Virus record (IMG/VR): IMGVR_UViG_3300001598_000034
Coordinates: 1-64,000 of that record
Strand: one strand, 5' to 3'
Source: a virus
Taxonomy: Duplodnaviria > Caudoviricetes
Length of the DNA stretch: 64,000 nucleotides
Positions within the stretch are counted from its first letter, which is position 1, and each line of letters begins with the position of its first letter. The notes under the pieces are model-generated. The model did not search any database and was not told the origin of the DNA. It saw only the letters and a list, made by a program, of their open reading frames with translations. The position numbers and the translations under genes were made by a program. This document shows positions 1 to 9,380 of the stretch, in pieces.

Positions 1-214
1 CAACATCTCCCCATTCAACTCCACCTGTTGTATTGGTTGATTTAAGGACTTTGCCACTTGCAGAAGCATTGGGAAGGGTATCTTGCTTGGCGTCCAATGC
101 CTGTTTTAATGTTTGGCTGACGTTGTCAGCATCCTTAATTGCCCTAGTATCAACATAATAGTCAGTGCTAGTGGCTGTGTCTGTGTATTTAAGTTCTTTA
201 ATGTATTTTGCCAT
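1..214 (-). CDS. Tail fibre-like protein, N-terminal part (runs off the window edge)
   Basis: ATG at 214-212 with GGAG RBS; reads MAKYIKELKY...KQDTLPNASASGKVLKSTNTTGGVEWGD, a module shared with the neighbouring ORF 227-1126. Confidence 0.7.
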   Translation of the reverse strand, partial: MAKYIKELKYTDTATSTDYYVDTRAIKDADNVSQTLKQALDAKQDTLPNASASGKVLKSTNTTGGVEWGDV

Positions 215-226
215 TTATAATTCTCC

Positions 227-1126
227 TTATTCGTTTTCTAAAACGGCAGTAATAGCACCTACGTCGCTATAAGTAACGTTGTGTGGATTACCACTGGTTA
301 ATTGGCTATGGTCGTATGCTGTCTTGCCCCTATCGCCACGATACGCAGTGCTTGAAGTCTCACCTAATGCTAATGAAGCTGAAATCTCTACGTATTGAGT
401 ACCTGACCAACGATAAGTCTTGTTTGTTACCAAGTCTACATAAATTTTGCCAGTTTCACCAGTAATTTCTACTGTGTGTTCTGCATCGGCATAAAATTTA
501 TTATTGTAGTAATATCCTTCGATAACGTCGTCTACAAATGAAGGGAGTTGTGTTGTAGGAACTTTACCGGTTACATCAAGTTCTGCCAACCCGTTATTAG
601 CTCCTTTGAGACTAGCGTCTAGTTTAGCTGTTAATGCGGTATCTACTTCTGTTTTAGTATATGTGGTAGATTTATCTGCTTTGCCACTAATATCCTGATG
701 CTGAGTTAATGGTGTTATTGTATTATTTCCAAGTGTGATAACTCCATTATTGATATTTGCGTCTGTAATACCATAACCTGCTAAAGTAGCTGCTACATCT
801 GCTTTACTTGTTCTATACTCATCATATTGCTCGACTTTTATAGGAGAAATACCACTATCAACAGCTGTTTGTTGAGCTTGAGTAAGAGTAGCTTGTTTTC
901 CATTCAAAGCTGTCTGCAAGTCTGTCTGTGCTGACAAAGTTCCAGTAATATTACCCCATACTGCACTTGCTGGCATATCGCCCCATTCTAATCCACCAGT
1001 AGTATTAGTAGATTTGAGGATTTTTCCTGCAGCGGCTGCGTTAGGTAGTTTATCTTGTTTAAGTGCAACCGCATCAATTGCTGCGTCTAGTTCTTGACCG
1101 GTATGCGAGCTTTCATAATCTGCCAT
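227..1126 (-). CDS. Tail fibre/virion appendage protein
   Basis: Contains modules typical of phage fibres: WGNITGTLSAQTDLQTAL, TLAGYGITDA, GANNGLAELD..GKVP..QLP, GKIYVD...YRWSG. Confidence 0.7.
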   Translation of the reverse strand: MADYESSHTGQELDAAIDAVALKQDKLPNAAAAGKILKSTNTTGGLEWGDMPASAVWGNITGTLSAQTDLQTALNGKQATLTQAQQTAVDSGISPIKVEQYDEYRTSKADVAATLAGYGITDANINNGVITLGNNTITPLTQHQDISGKADKSTTYTKTEVDTALTAKLDASLKGANNGLAELDVTGKVPTTQLPSFVDDVIEGYYYNNKFYADAEHTVEITGETGKIYVDLVTNKTYRWSGTQYVEISASLALGETSSTAYRGDRGKTAYDHSQLTSGNPHNVTYSDVGAITAVLENE

Positions 1127-1245
1127 ATTTTATACCTCATAATTATAAATATTGTATATATTTGGTTTATCTACTATTATTATACCTAAAATTAGAGTAA
1201 AAAGAAAGAGCTCAGATATATAGTTATCCAAGCTCTAACAATAAA

Positions 1246-1731
1246 TTATTCTTTTTGCACATTATAATATTGCTTCATACTAGTTTTTAGCTTCATTCCA
1301 TCTGTTAATATTACTCTTTGTACCATATTATTTACAGACATATCAACATACTTATCATCACTAGTTTTAAAGGCAATATATCCACCACCAGCAGATACCA
1401 CTTTAAGATAGAATCCTGTGTAATGCCATCTATCATTGGTATCTAAAAGGTAAAAACTTACTCTATAAGTTCCTTCCCCCTCTACTAAATGATTTCTAGC
1501 AAATATTTTAAAGTTTAATTCTACTTCTGCTGGTCTATTTTCAAATTCTACGACTTCTAGACCAACATCTTTACCCCATGGAGCATCTCCATAAGTTATC
1601 ATACAGCGAAATCTACTATATGCCTGGTCACACGAGAATTTTACTAAGCATTCGTCATATGGTGGAGTTAAACTTAGTTTGTTGATACCAGAAGATGTCT
1701 CTACTGAATATGTTAATACTGGTGCTGCCAT
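1246..1731 (-). CDS. Hypothetical virion-associated protein
   Basis: 161-aa ORF with RBS inside the fibre gene cluster. Confidence 0.55.
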   Translation of the reverse strand: MAAPVLTYSVETSSGINKLSLTPPYDECLVKFSCDQAYSRFRCMITYGDAPWGKDVGLEVVEFENRPAEVELNFKIFARNHLVEGEGTYRVSFYLLDTNDRWHYTGFYLKVVSAGGGYIAFKTSDDKYVDMSVNNMVQRVILTDGMKLKTSMKQYYNVQKE

Positions 1732-1826
1732 GAATATCCTCTTAAAAAATTAATAGGAGAGGAGAGTTTTGTTTCTCCCCTCCCCTACATTAAATAGTTT
1801 TGCTATATCCTATGTTTAAGTTAATC

Positions 1827-4604
1827 TTAGAGCACGGGTACTGCACTCCAGTTGCCTGCAACGTCTTTTACGTATACAACTACGTAATAAGCACCATCAG
1901 TATCTGCTACTTTAGTAGTAGCTGCAAAGTCTTTGCCCATGATAGTACATGCTACATCAGTGCTTGCTGCTGTCTCAGTTGTACCAGACATGTTGATAGA
2001 ACCATTTGCTTCGCCGATTGCAACTGCACTAGCTGCTTCTTGGCCACTCTCAAATACAGCTACTTTCCATTGAACGATCTTTTCACCACAATTGAATTTG
2101 AATGTAATCTTATCTCCATATGCGCCTTCAATAATAGTAATTGTGCTACCAGAAATAGTACGACGAGGTTCGTGGGTCTTACTGATTACGTTGTAGTCTA
2201 CGTCTTTAACAGTTACTACAGGAATGGTTTGGTCCAAAGTTGTAGTTACAGAAACTGTAGTACTTACATTACCAGCTTTATCCTTAGTCTTCAAGTATAC
2301 TACCTTAGCACCGTCTCCAGTGGTGAATGCCAAGTCAGTAATAGTCATGATAGACTTACCAGTGTCTTTTACGAAAGATTTCCAATCTGTATCACCTACG
2401 GAAGCAGTGAAATCTCCCCACAAGCAATATTGATCGATATCGTCTACAGAACCAGTATCAGTTGTACCAACTTCTGCCTTGAATGCTACATCCTTAACAG
2501 TTGCAGGAATAACTGCACCAGCGCTATCTTTCAATACCAATTTAGCTTCAGGATTGGTGTTATCGTAGACAATGCTATCAGAAGCTACTTCAGAAACGTT
2601 ACCAGCGGTATCTTTTACTTTAACATAAATGTTCTTAGTAGTACCAGTAGGAGAGCTTGCAGAAGGTTCGGTCAATACTACAGATTTAGTAGTAGCAAAT
2701 GTTTCCCAAGTATCAGGTTCAGTACCTGCGCCTACCAAATCACCCCAAATTTTCATGTAATCTACAGTTGTAGTTGCGTCAGTACCAGAAATGGTTACAG
2801 TTTGATTAGCGGTGCTTGTATACTCTGATGCGAATGCTACAGTACAAGTAGGAGCTACGCTATCGAAAGTAAAGGAGCCACTAGTAGATTGAGAGGTGTT
2901 ACCTACTGTATCGGAGTAAATAGCATGAACATAGTTTGTTCCTTGAGCTACGCCAGTCCAGTCTACCAAAGACGTACCAGGATTTGCAGAGTAGTCATAC
3001 TCTTGAGCTGTAGAAGGAGGTGTAGTAATAGTAGAAATGTTATCTACCCATACTTTCATCTTGTTCATACCTGCAGGAGTATCGGAAGCGGTTACCATTA
3101 CGGTCTCTGCTGCTTTAATCGGGCTGGAAATGAAAGGATCACCCCAAGTTACTACAGGACCTGCAGTATCTACAGTAACAATCTTAGCGTCGGTAATATG
3201 CTCGCCAGATACTGTCTGACCACAAGTACCTACGTTACCACACATATCTTGTACGTATACTACCAAGTACTTAGCGCCATCACCAGCAACTGCTGCTACC
3301 AAGTTAGCTTCAGTCAAAGTGCCTTCAAACTTAGTTGTATCAGGAATACCGGAAGAATCAGAAGCGCTCAAACCGGTAATTGCAGTATCATTGATTGTAC
3401 CAGCCATAGCTGCTGCTTCACTAGCATAGCCAACTACTTTACGCAAGACGGTTTTGTTGAAACCAGTTACACTATCACCAGAAACTACAGTGAAGCCAAT
3501 AGCTGTGCTATTAAAACCAGTCTTATCAGAAATGATGTTAGGATTAATAGCATCCATGGTAATTGCAGGAACTGCAATACTGTAGTTAGTAGAAGTACTA
3601 GCTTCGTTAGCTACTTGTTGTCCACCTTCATCTACCAACAATTTAGCGTAGATGTTTTTCGCTGCAGTACCAGAAGTCAACTTCTTGCCAGTAATATCAA
3701 TGCACTTAGTGCCTGCAGGAAGAGTTACTTCTATCCAGCTTGCAGGTTCAGAAGATGCTTCAGGAGTTGCACCACCATCGGAGTTAAAATCACCCCAAAT
3801 CTTATAACCTCTTACCAATTCAGCGGAAACATCAGGCTCGAAGTCCAAGCAGATGGTCCAGGAGTTTTGATTGGTATAAGTACCACATTTCTTTGTGTGG
3901 TCATCAGGATCACGCAAATCAACTACGAATGTTACATCGCCAGTGAACAATACGATAGAATCGCTTCCAGCAGCTGATTCATTGCCTGCACGGTCTGTTA
4001 CGGTTGCAGAAACTGTACGAGTTTCAGATTCTACACCAGTACCCAATGCTTTCAACTTGGTAGCGCAGATCTTGTAACCATTTGTACGATCGGTGTCATC
4101 CCAAGTGAATTCTTTGGTAGCATCGTCTGCCAAGTCTGAACCACTAAGTGTTGTCTTAGCAATGCCAGAAGATACGTCTGCACCAGCTGCTGCTGCGTCT
4201 GCTGCTGTAACTTTTACGTTAACGTTAACAGTAGAAGTCATTGCAGCGCCATCATTGATGCTTACTGCAGAAATAGTAGGAGCTGTGGTATCATAGATAA
4301 ATGAAGAAGAGTGAACTACTGCTCCTTGGTTACCTACATCATCCATGAAAATTGCGTGGATGTAGTTAGTTCCTTGTACTGACAATGTTGGAGTCCAGCT
4401 TGTTGCTGCAACAAGCCATTCTGTTCCTGTTGGTGCTGCTGTGGGAGTTGCTGTTTGGTCTACCCAAACTTTCATGAACTTTGTATCAGCATCAGTAGGA
4501 AGGGTGATAGTAACGGCAGTGGCTTGTTTATAATACGCACTGACGGATATACTACCGCCTGAAGGGGCTGTCGTATCTAACGACAGGTTAAAATATTGAG
4601 CCAT
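1827..4604 (-). CDS. Ig-like repeat protein (virion surface or fibre)
   Basis: 925 aa, Thr/Ser/Ala rich; repeated DTTAP/DxxxP and D.AGN.S motifs typical of Ig-like (Big) domains. Confidence 0.75.
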   Translation of the reverse strand: MAQYFNLSLDTTAPSGGSISVSAYYKQATAVTITLPTDADTKFMKVWVDQTATPTAAPTGTEWLVAATSWTPTLSVQGTNYIHAIFMDDVGNQGAVVHSSSFIYDTTAPTISAVSINDGAAMTSTVNVNVKVTAADAAAAGADVSSGIAKTTLSGSDLADDATKEFTWDDTDRTNGYKICATKLKALGTGVESETRTVSATVTDRAGNESAAGSDSIVLFTGDVTFVVDLRDPDDHTKKCGTYTNQNSWTICLDFEPDVSAELVRGYKIWGDFNSDGGATPEASSEPASWIEVTLPAGTKCIDITGKKLTSGTAAKNIYAKLLVDEGGQQVANEASTSTNYSIAVPAITMDAINPNIISDKTGFNSTAIGFTVVSGDSVTGFNKTVLRKVVGYASEAAAMAGTINDTAITGLSASDSSGIPDTTKFEGTLTEANLVAAVAGDGAKYLVVYVQDMCGNVGTCGQTVSGEHITDAKIVTVDTAGPVVTWGDPFISSPIKAAETVMVTASDTPAGMNKMKVWVDNISTITTPPSTAQEYDYSANPGTSLVDWTGVAQGTNYVHAIYSDTVGNTSQSTSGSFTFDSVAPTCTVAFASEYTSTANQTVTISGTDATTTVDYMKIWGDLVGAGTEPDTWETFATTKSVVLTEPSASSPTGTTKNIYVKVKDTAGNVSEVASDSIVYDNTNPEAKLVLKDSAGAVIPATVKDVAFKAEVGTTDTGSVDDIDQYCLWGDFTASVGDTDWKSFVKDTGKSIMTITDLAFTTGDGAKVVYLKTKDKAGNVSTTVSVTTTLDQTIPVVTVKDVDYNVISKTHEPRRTISGSTITIIEGAYGDKITFKFNCGEKIVQWKVAVFESGQEAASAVAIGEANGSINMSGTTETAASTDVACTIMGKDFAATTKVADTDGAYYVVVYVKDVAGNWSAVPVL

Positions 4605-4672
4605 TTAAATACCTCATTTTTAAAAAATATATATATTTTAAATACTTTTCTGTTGAAAAGATATTTACTAAA

Positions 4673-4891
4673 TTAATCTGCGACTTCCATACGGGAGTCC
4701 TCAAATGCAACTAAAAAATAGCTGCATTTCCTTGGGGCATCTATTTTCCATAAATATTCCCCAGATGTGTTTTCTATTTTTTCTCCTGTGACAGGATTTG
4801 TTATTTTTTGTCTTCTGTCACCTAAGATTATTGCTTTACAATTAATAGGATCAGCTATTGAATTGTTTACTAACATTTTGCTATTTTCCAT
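4673..4891 (-). CDS. Hypothetical protein
   Basis: 72-aa ORF in the co-oriented cluster, RBS present. Confidence 0.5.
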   Translation of the reverse strand: MENSKMLVNNSIADPINCKAIILGDRRQKITNPVTGEKIENTSGEYLWKIDAPRKCSYFLVAFEDSRMEVAD

Positions 4892-4911
4892 AATAGCTTC
4901 TTCCCTTCCTA

Positions 4912-5541
4912 TTAAACTTCATTAACAATGAAATAAATACAATTAGGATTTATAGTTGTTAAAGCATTGTATTGCTCTTGAGTACCTTTCCAAACAACAT
5001 TTTTTGCTTCTTCTGCATATTCTGCTGCTTCTACGGCAGAGTTACCAGCTTGTGTTTTATAGTTACTAGCTGCTGTTGCACTTACAGACGCATTATTGGC
5101 ACTTGTACTAGCTTGGTTAGCACTTGTTTCTGCTGCCATCTTACTTGATAATGCAGCTGTTGCATAATTATGAGAAGATGTGGCACTTTCTGCTGACGCA
5201 GATGCGCTTATAGCTGACTCACTTGCACTTGTAGCTGACTCACTTGCACTAATCGCAGAATTGCTTGCACTGGTACCTGCTGCAGATGCATAATTTTTAG
5301 CTTCTTCGCTAGCTAAGTCTAAATGTACCCAAGCGTCTCCCATTCGTGCATATAAAGCACCATTTTCATCCTTTACCGCATAACAATCACCTGCTGATGC
5401 AGAAGAAGGAAGAGCAGACTTGGTTGCTACCTCGCCTTTCGGCTTGAAGCCAGTACCGATTGATGTTACTGTCTTATCTGTATATTGTTTTGCTAGACTT
5501 CTAGCTATAGCAACCGATACCATCTCTGGAACTGTTGACAT
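4912..5541 (-). CDS. Tail fibre-like protein with Ala/Ser coiled-coil repeats
   Basis: SASESA-type repeats; KG.V.T..ALP..A..GD.Y module; C-terminal W.GTQEQYNAL...N.IYFI module. Confidence 0.7.
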   Translation of the reverse strand: MSTVPEMVSVAIARSLAKQYTDKTVTSIGTGFKPKGEVATKSALPSSASAGDCYAVKDENGALYARMGDAWVHLDLASEEAKNYASAAGTSASNSAISASESATSASESAISASASAESATSSHNYATAALSSKMAAETSANQASTSANNASVSATAASNYKTQAGNSAVEAAEYAEEAKNVVWKGTQEQYNALTTINPNCIYFIVNEV

Positions 5542-5551
5542 TTATCTTACC

Positions 5552-6850
5552 TCACTCATCTTCTGACAATACTGCTTGAATACCTAATGGATTAGCTACT
5601 GAAATAGTACCCGTTGAATCTACTTTAATAGTAGAGTTATCAACTTTAACTACACCTACTGCAGATGCACTTGCTAAGTCAGTAAAACCTACTTTATTTG
5701 TAGCGTAGGCATCATATGTAGCTACCTTAGCACTTGTTATCCCAGATCCTAAAGCTGCTTTTTCAGCTGCTGTAAACGGCTTATCATTTACAGGATATTC
5801 TGGAATCCAATGGTTTTTGTCATAAGGTACTTTCGTTGTTACCTTTTGATCATATTTATATCTCCAACGACTTCCATCATGTCCATGTGAAGTATCATTG
5901 TTGACTACTAAATAGTTGTTTAATCCTGGTACATTGTATCCAAGATCAGAGAATTCAGATTCTATTACTGGAATATCATTCCATGTTTCCCAGTTACCAC
6001 AGAAATATGCTGTAGCTGTTTGTACAGAAGAGTTTACTAAATCTATAAGATCTGTTTGGTTATAGATACTTCCTGAGAGATCTCCCCAGTAAAGATCTAC
6101 TTTAGCATTTTCTCCAGTCGTATATACTGATCCAACTGGATGACGTTGAAATGTGGACCCATTATTTACTACTGTTTCTGTTCCGTTATATACTACAGTA
6201 TAAAAGGAGTCAAATTCTGGTAAGTAAATTGATGGAAATTTTTCTCCTATTTTTACAATGGAAAACAACTCTCCAGTATAATAACTCATTGGGTTAGTTG
6301 GATCTAATAATACTGGTTGTTCTTCCCAATAAGGAGTATTAGTTGATTTTTCTGAAACTAATTTAAGAAAACCTGTATGAGTTTTGTTTACTGGTATAAA
6401 GGCATAAGTAACTGTTTCATTTGGTATATATTTATCTACATATATAGAAGGTGCAACTTTAAATCCACCTACAGAAACTATTGACGCTATTTTTACTGTG
6501 CTAGCATCGACATACTCTTTTGTAGCATAAGTATTAGAAATCCTAGACTCCAGTGTAGTCAAATCAGAAGTACTTGCTGCTGTTGATAGCTTTGTATATA
6601 CGTCTAATACTTCTGTTCTTGATGGTGTTGAGCTTCCTGCTAGAGTATTTGATATATATAGATTTTTCCATGGATGAGATACAGAGCCTAATGTCCATGG
6701 TAAGTCTGTTCTTTCTGAGTTTATAGGAGGAATAAATGAATCATTAACAATCAGAGGTGTACTTTTATTTTTTAAATTGTTTAATATAGCCTGTTCTGCC
6801 ATGATATGACGTTCGTACTGGCTATGAATTGGATATTTAGTCTGTGCCAT
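5552..6850 (-). CDS. Tail fibre protein
   Basis: Shares the FIPP...W.LG...HPWKNL.IS module with 7422-9254; WGDLSGSI..QTDL and GVVKVD fibre motifs. Confidence 0.65.
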   Translation of the reverse strand: MAQTKYPIHSQYERHIMAEQAILNNLKNKSTPLIVNDSFIPPINSERTDLPWTLGSVSHPWKNLYISNTLAGSSTPSRTEVLDVYTKLSTAASTSDLTTLESRISNTYATKEYVDASTVKIASIVSVGGFKVAPSIYVDKYIPNETVTYAFIPVNKTHTGFLKLVSEKSTNTPYWEEQPVLLDPTNPMSYYTGELFSIVKIGEKFPSIYLPEFDSFYTVVYNGTETVVNNGSTFQRHPVGSVYTTGENAKVDLYWGDLSGSIYNQTDLIDLVNSSVQTATAYFCGNWETWNDIPVIESEFSDLGYNVPGLNNYLVVNNDTSHGHDGSRWRYKYDQKVTTKVPYDKNHWIPEYPVNDKPFTAAEKAALGSGITSAKVATYDAYATNKVGFTDLASASAVGVVKVDNSTIKVDSTGTISVANPLGIQAVLSEDE

Positions 6851-6864
6851 TTATATCCTCATGT

Positions 6865-7284
6865 TTAATCTGTAATTGTTACTGTACCTAGTCCGTCGAA
6901 TCCTGAGTCACAGGTTATTGAAGTCATAGTTGCTAATTCAGCTCTTGTAAGTGACTTATTCTGCAAATTAGGAGTAACTGATACAGTTACGTTTCTATAC
7001 CCGTCTTTTCCTTCTGCTGGAGTATAGAGTCCATTTGTTGTAAATGTTTTATCATCTAATTCTGCTGTATGACCTGCTTGAAGTATTGTTACCTTTTCAA
7101 ACCCTAAATAACCATTATCAGGATAATATGTACCTGCTGCCATAGAAGGTGTTTGAGAAAAGTTCTGAAGTTTAAACTTAGAACCCCAACCCTGGAAGAG
7201 GTATTCGGCTTCTTGTTCTTTAGTGCTGATAAGAGTTTCTGCTTCATCTCTAGTCATTAATTTTATATCTGAAAGAGTTGGCAT
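6865..7284 (-). CDS. Hypothetical virion protein with GY/F..VT repeats
   Basis: Internal repeats GYLGFEKVTI / GKDGYRNVTV / GFDGLGTVTI. Confidence 0.55.
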   Translation of the reverse strand: MPTLSDIKLMTRDEAETLISTKEQEAEYLFQGWGSKFKLQNFSQTPSMAAGTYYPDNGYLGFEKVTILQAGHTAELDDKTFTTNGLYTPAEGKDGYRNVTVSVTPNLQNKSLTRAELATMTSITCDSGFDGLGTVTITD

Positions 7285-7421
7285 GTTATTCTGCTCCTAT
7301 TCTTATTTAATAGTTGTTATCTTATAATAATATTATACCTGTTTACAGTATATATTATACCTAAAAAAAGAATAAAAAGATAAAAAAGAGATCTTAGTTG
7401 TTTCTAAGATCTCTATAATAG

Positions 7422-9254
7422 TTAGTATTTTATTCCTATGATATCAACTATAGATGAATTTTGAGTTTGTGTTTTCCAGTATGTTGCTGTTGATCCATAT
7501 AAGTAAGAATCTACTAACCAGTAAGAATACGCATATTTTATTAAGGAAAAATATGTTCCTTTATTAAAAAGCATTTTTAAAAACCATACATCCATAATTG
7601 TATAATGAGTTTGTGAACCATCATTACCGGTTATTATGGCTACTTTATCATAGTTTTCATATGATTCTGATAAATATATATCTCCTTGTCCATATCCATA
7701 ACGCCAATCATTACTTGTTCCTCTATCATATATTTCACTAGAAGAAACTTCTGCCATTTTAGTTTTATTTAGAATGCTTTTTACTGTTTTAGGCTGAGTG
7801 TTTCCTTGTAAAGACTTTACAAATGATTGAACAAAGGCTGTTGTGGCTACTCTTGTGCTATTATCAGTTGTTGCTGGGGTAGAAGATGTTGGACTCCCTA
7901 AATAATCAGATGCTTTTAATGGTGTATACCCGATTGCGTTTATTACATTTGAACCAGTTAAACTAATAGTTCCACTTGATACAGTAATATTACTACCAAC
8001 TTTTACTAATCCTAATTTAGAAGTATCTGAAGTATTTACACTAATAGTTCCACTAGATACGTTAATATTGCTTCCAACCTTTACCAAACCAAGATTAGAA
8101 GTTGATGCCGTATTTAAACTAATAGTTCCATCTGATGATACAGTGATATTACTACCAATCTTTACTGTACCTAAATTACTAGTGGTTGCTTTATCCATGT
8201 AAACAGAACCATTAGAAGCATTATAACCCAAACCATTGCCACCATTTACTTTTACTACACCAACTTTGCTAGATGTTGCTTTGTCTACATTTAATAGTCC
8301 ATTGCTTCCAATATTTAATCCATTTTCTGTAGATATTTTTACTATACCGGCTTTGGATGTTGTAGCATAGTCATATAAATGAATTGTATCAGCAGAAAGA
8401 GATGTAATGCGATTATTTGCAGCTGTTATATTACTAGTATTAGTAGCAATGTTAGTTGCGTTTGTAGTAATATTTGCTGCATTAGTAGCAATATTATTTT
8501 TATTATTGGTTATCTGAGTTTCATCTGCAGTTAACCTTGATTCTAAAGAAACATGTTTTTGCTGTACGTGGGTATTTATTCTGGCATTTATTTCTGTCTT
8601 TACCCATTCAGAATCTGGAATATATGGTTTATCGTCCAAATCATTATACGAGTTAGTAAAACAAACAGCACCTAAACATTGATCTGTTAATGCTGAAGAT
8701 GTTGAACTACCTGTACGGTGTATATAGTTATTATCTACATATTCTCTATTTACATATGTGTCTTCAAACTTATTTCCACTAGAATCTGCTATTGCGCGTT
8801 TTACAGCTACATTACCTAGTGTTGATTTTATATTATTTGCAGTAAATGAAGATAGTTTTAAATAGTTATTCTTTATATTTAAACCATCTTCGTCTGCTTC
8901 TGCTCTCTGTACTGGAGTTGAAGATATTTTATAAACTAATGCATTTGCAGTGGCGTGTGTGGAAACTACTTCGTCTATTGTTATCCATTTAAGAGTAGAA
9001 TTATTTTGGTCTACTGTAAGTACATTTCCATATTCTTTTCCTGTTTTTGGAATATCATCAACATATTTAAGCGTAGAGTAAACATCTATTACTTTAAGAG
9101 TTTCTCCTTCTTTCGTTTCATAGTCACTTATAAACAAATTCTTCCAAGGATGATCAGTTGTACCCAGAGACCATACTATAGGATATACTTCTGAATCTAC
9201 CTTTTCAGTTTCTGTAGGGGGTATAAAAGATCTATTTATTTTAGTATCAGCCAT
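7422..9254 (-). CDS. Tail fibre protein
   Basis: Tandem A.TS.LG.VKVGSNITVSSGTISL repeats, a coiled-coil NIATN stretch and a DNST.VATTAFV motif. Confidence 0.8.
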   Translation of the reverse strand: MADTKINRSFIPPTETEKVDSEVYPIVWSLGTTDHPWKNLFISDYETKEGETLKVIDVYSTLKYVDDIPKTGKEYGNVLTVDQNNSTLKWITIDEVVSTHATANALVYKISSTPVQRAEADEDGLNIKNNYLKLSSFTANNIKSTLGNVAVKRAIADSSGNKFEDTYVNREYVDNNYIHRTGSSTSSALTDQCLGAVCFTNSYNDLDDKPYIPDSEWVKTEINARINTHVQQKHVSLESRLTADETQITNNKNNIATNAANITTNATNIATNTSNITAANNRITSLSADTIHLYDYATTSKAGIVKISTENGLNIGSNGLLNVDKATSSKVGVVKVNGGNGLGYNASNGSVYMDKATTSNLGTVKIGSNITVSSDGTISLNTASTSNLGLVKVGSNINVSSGTISVNTSDTSKLGLVKVGSNITVSSGTISLTGSNVINAIGYTPLKASDYLGSPTSSTPATTDNSTRVATTAFVQSFVKSLQGNTQPKTVKSILNKTKMAEVSSSEIYDRGTSNDWRYGYGQGDIYLSESYENYDKVAIITGNDGSQTHYTIMDVWFLKMLFNKGTYFSLIKYAYSYWLVDSYLYGSTATYWKTQTQNSSIVDIIGIKY

Positions 9255-9344
9255 TTATGGACTCCTGTATAATAATATATAATGTATTACTTTATATTAA
9301 ATATTATACCTAAAAAAATATACCTAAAAAAATAAATGGCTAAA

Positions 9345-9380
9345 AAAAAGAGAGTGACGTCGTTAAGACGTCACTCTCCC
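9345..9380 (-). terminator. Intrinsic terminator
   Basis: GAGAGTGACGT-loop-ACGTCACTCTC hairpin followed by a poly-U run on the minus strand. Confidence 0.7.

Noticed and set aside
1800-4296. Long plus-strand ORFs (1800-2828, 2889-3977 and others), and similarly 24486-25331
   Set aside because: Antisense shadows of strongly biased real genes; Cys/Ser-rich implausible composition and no RBS
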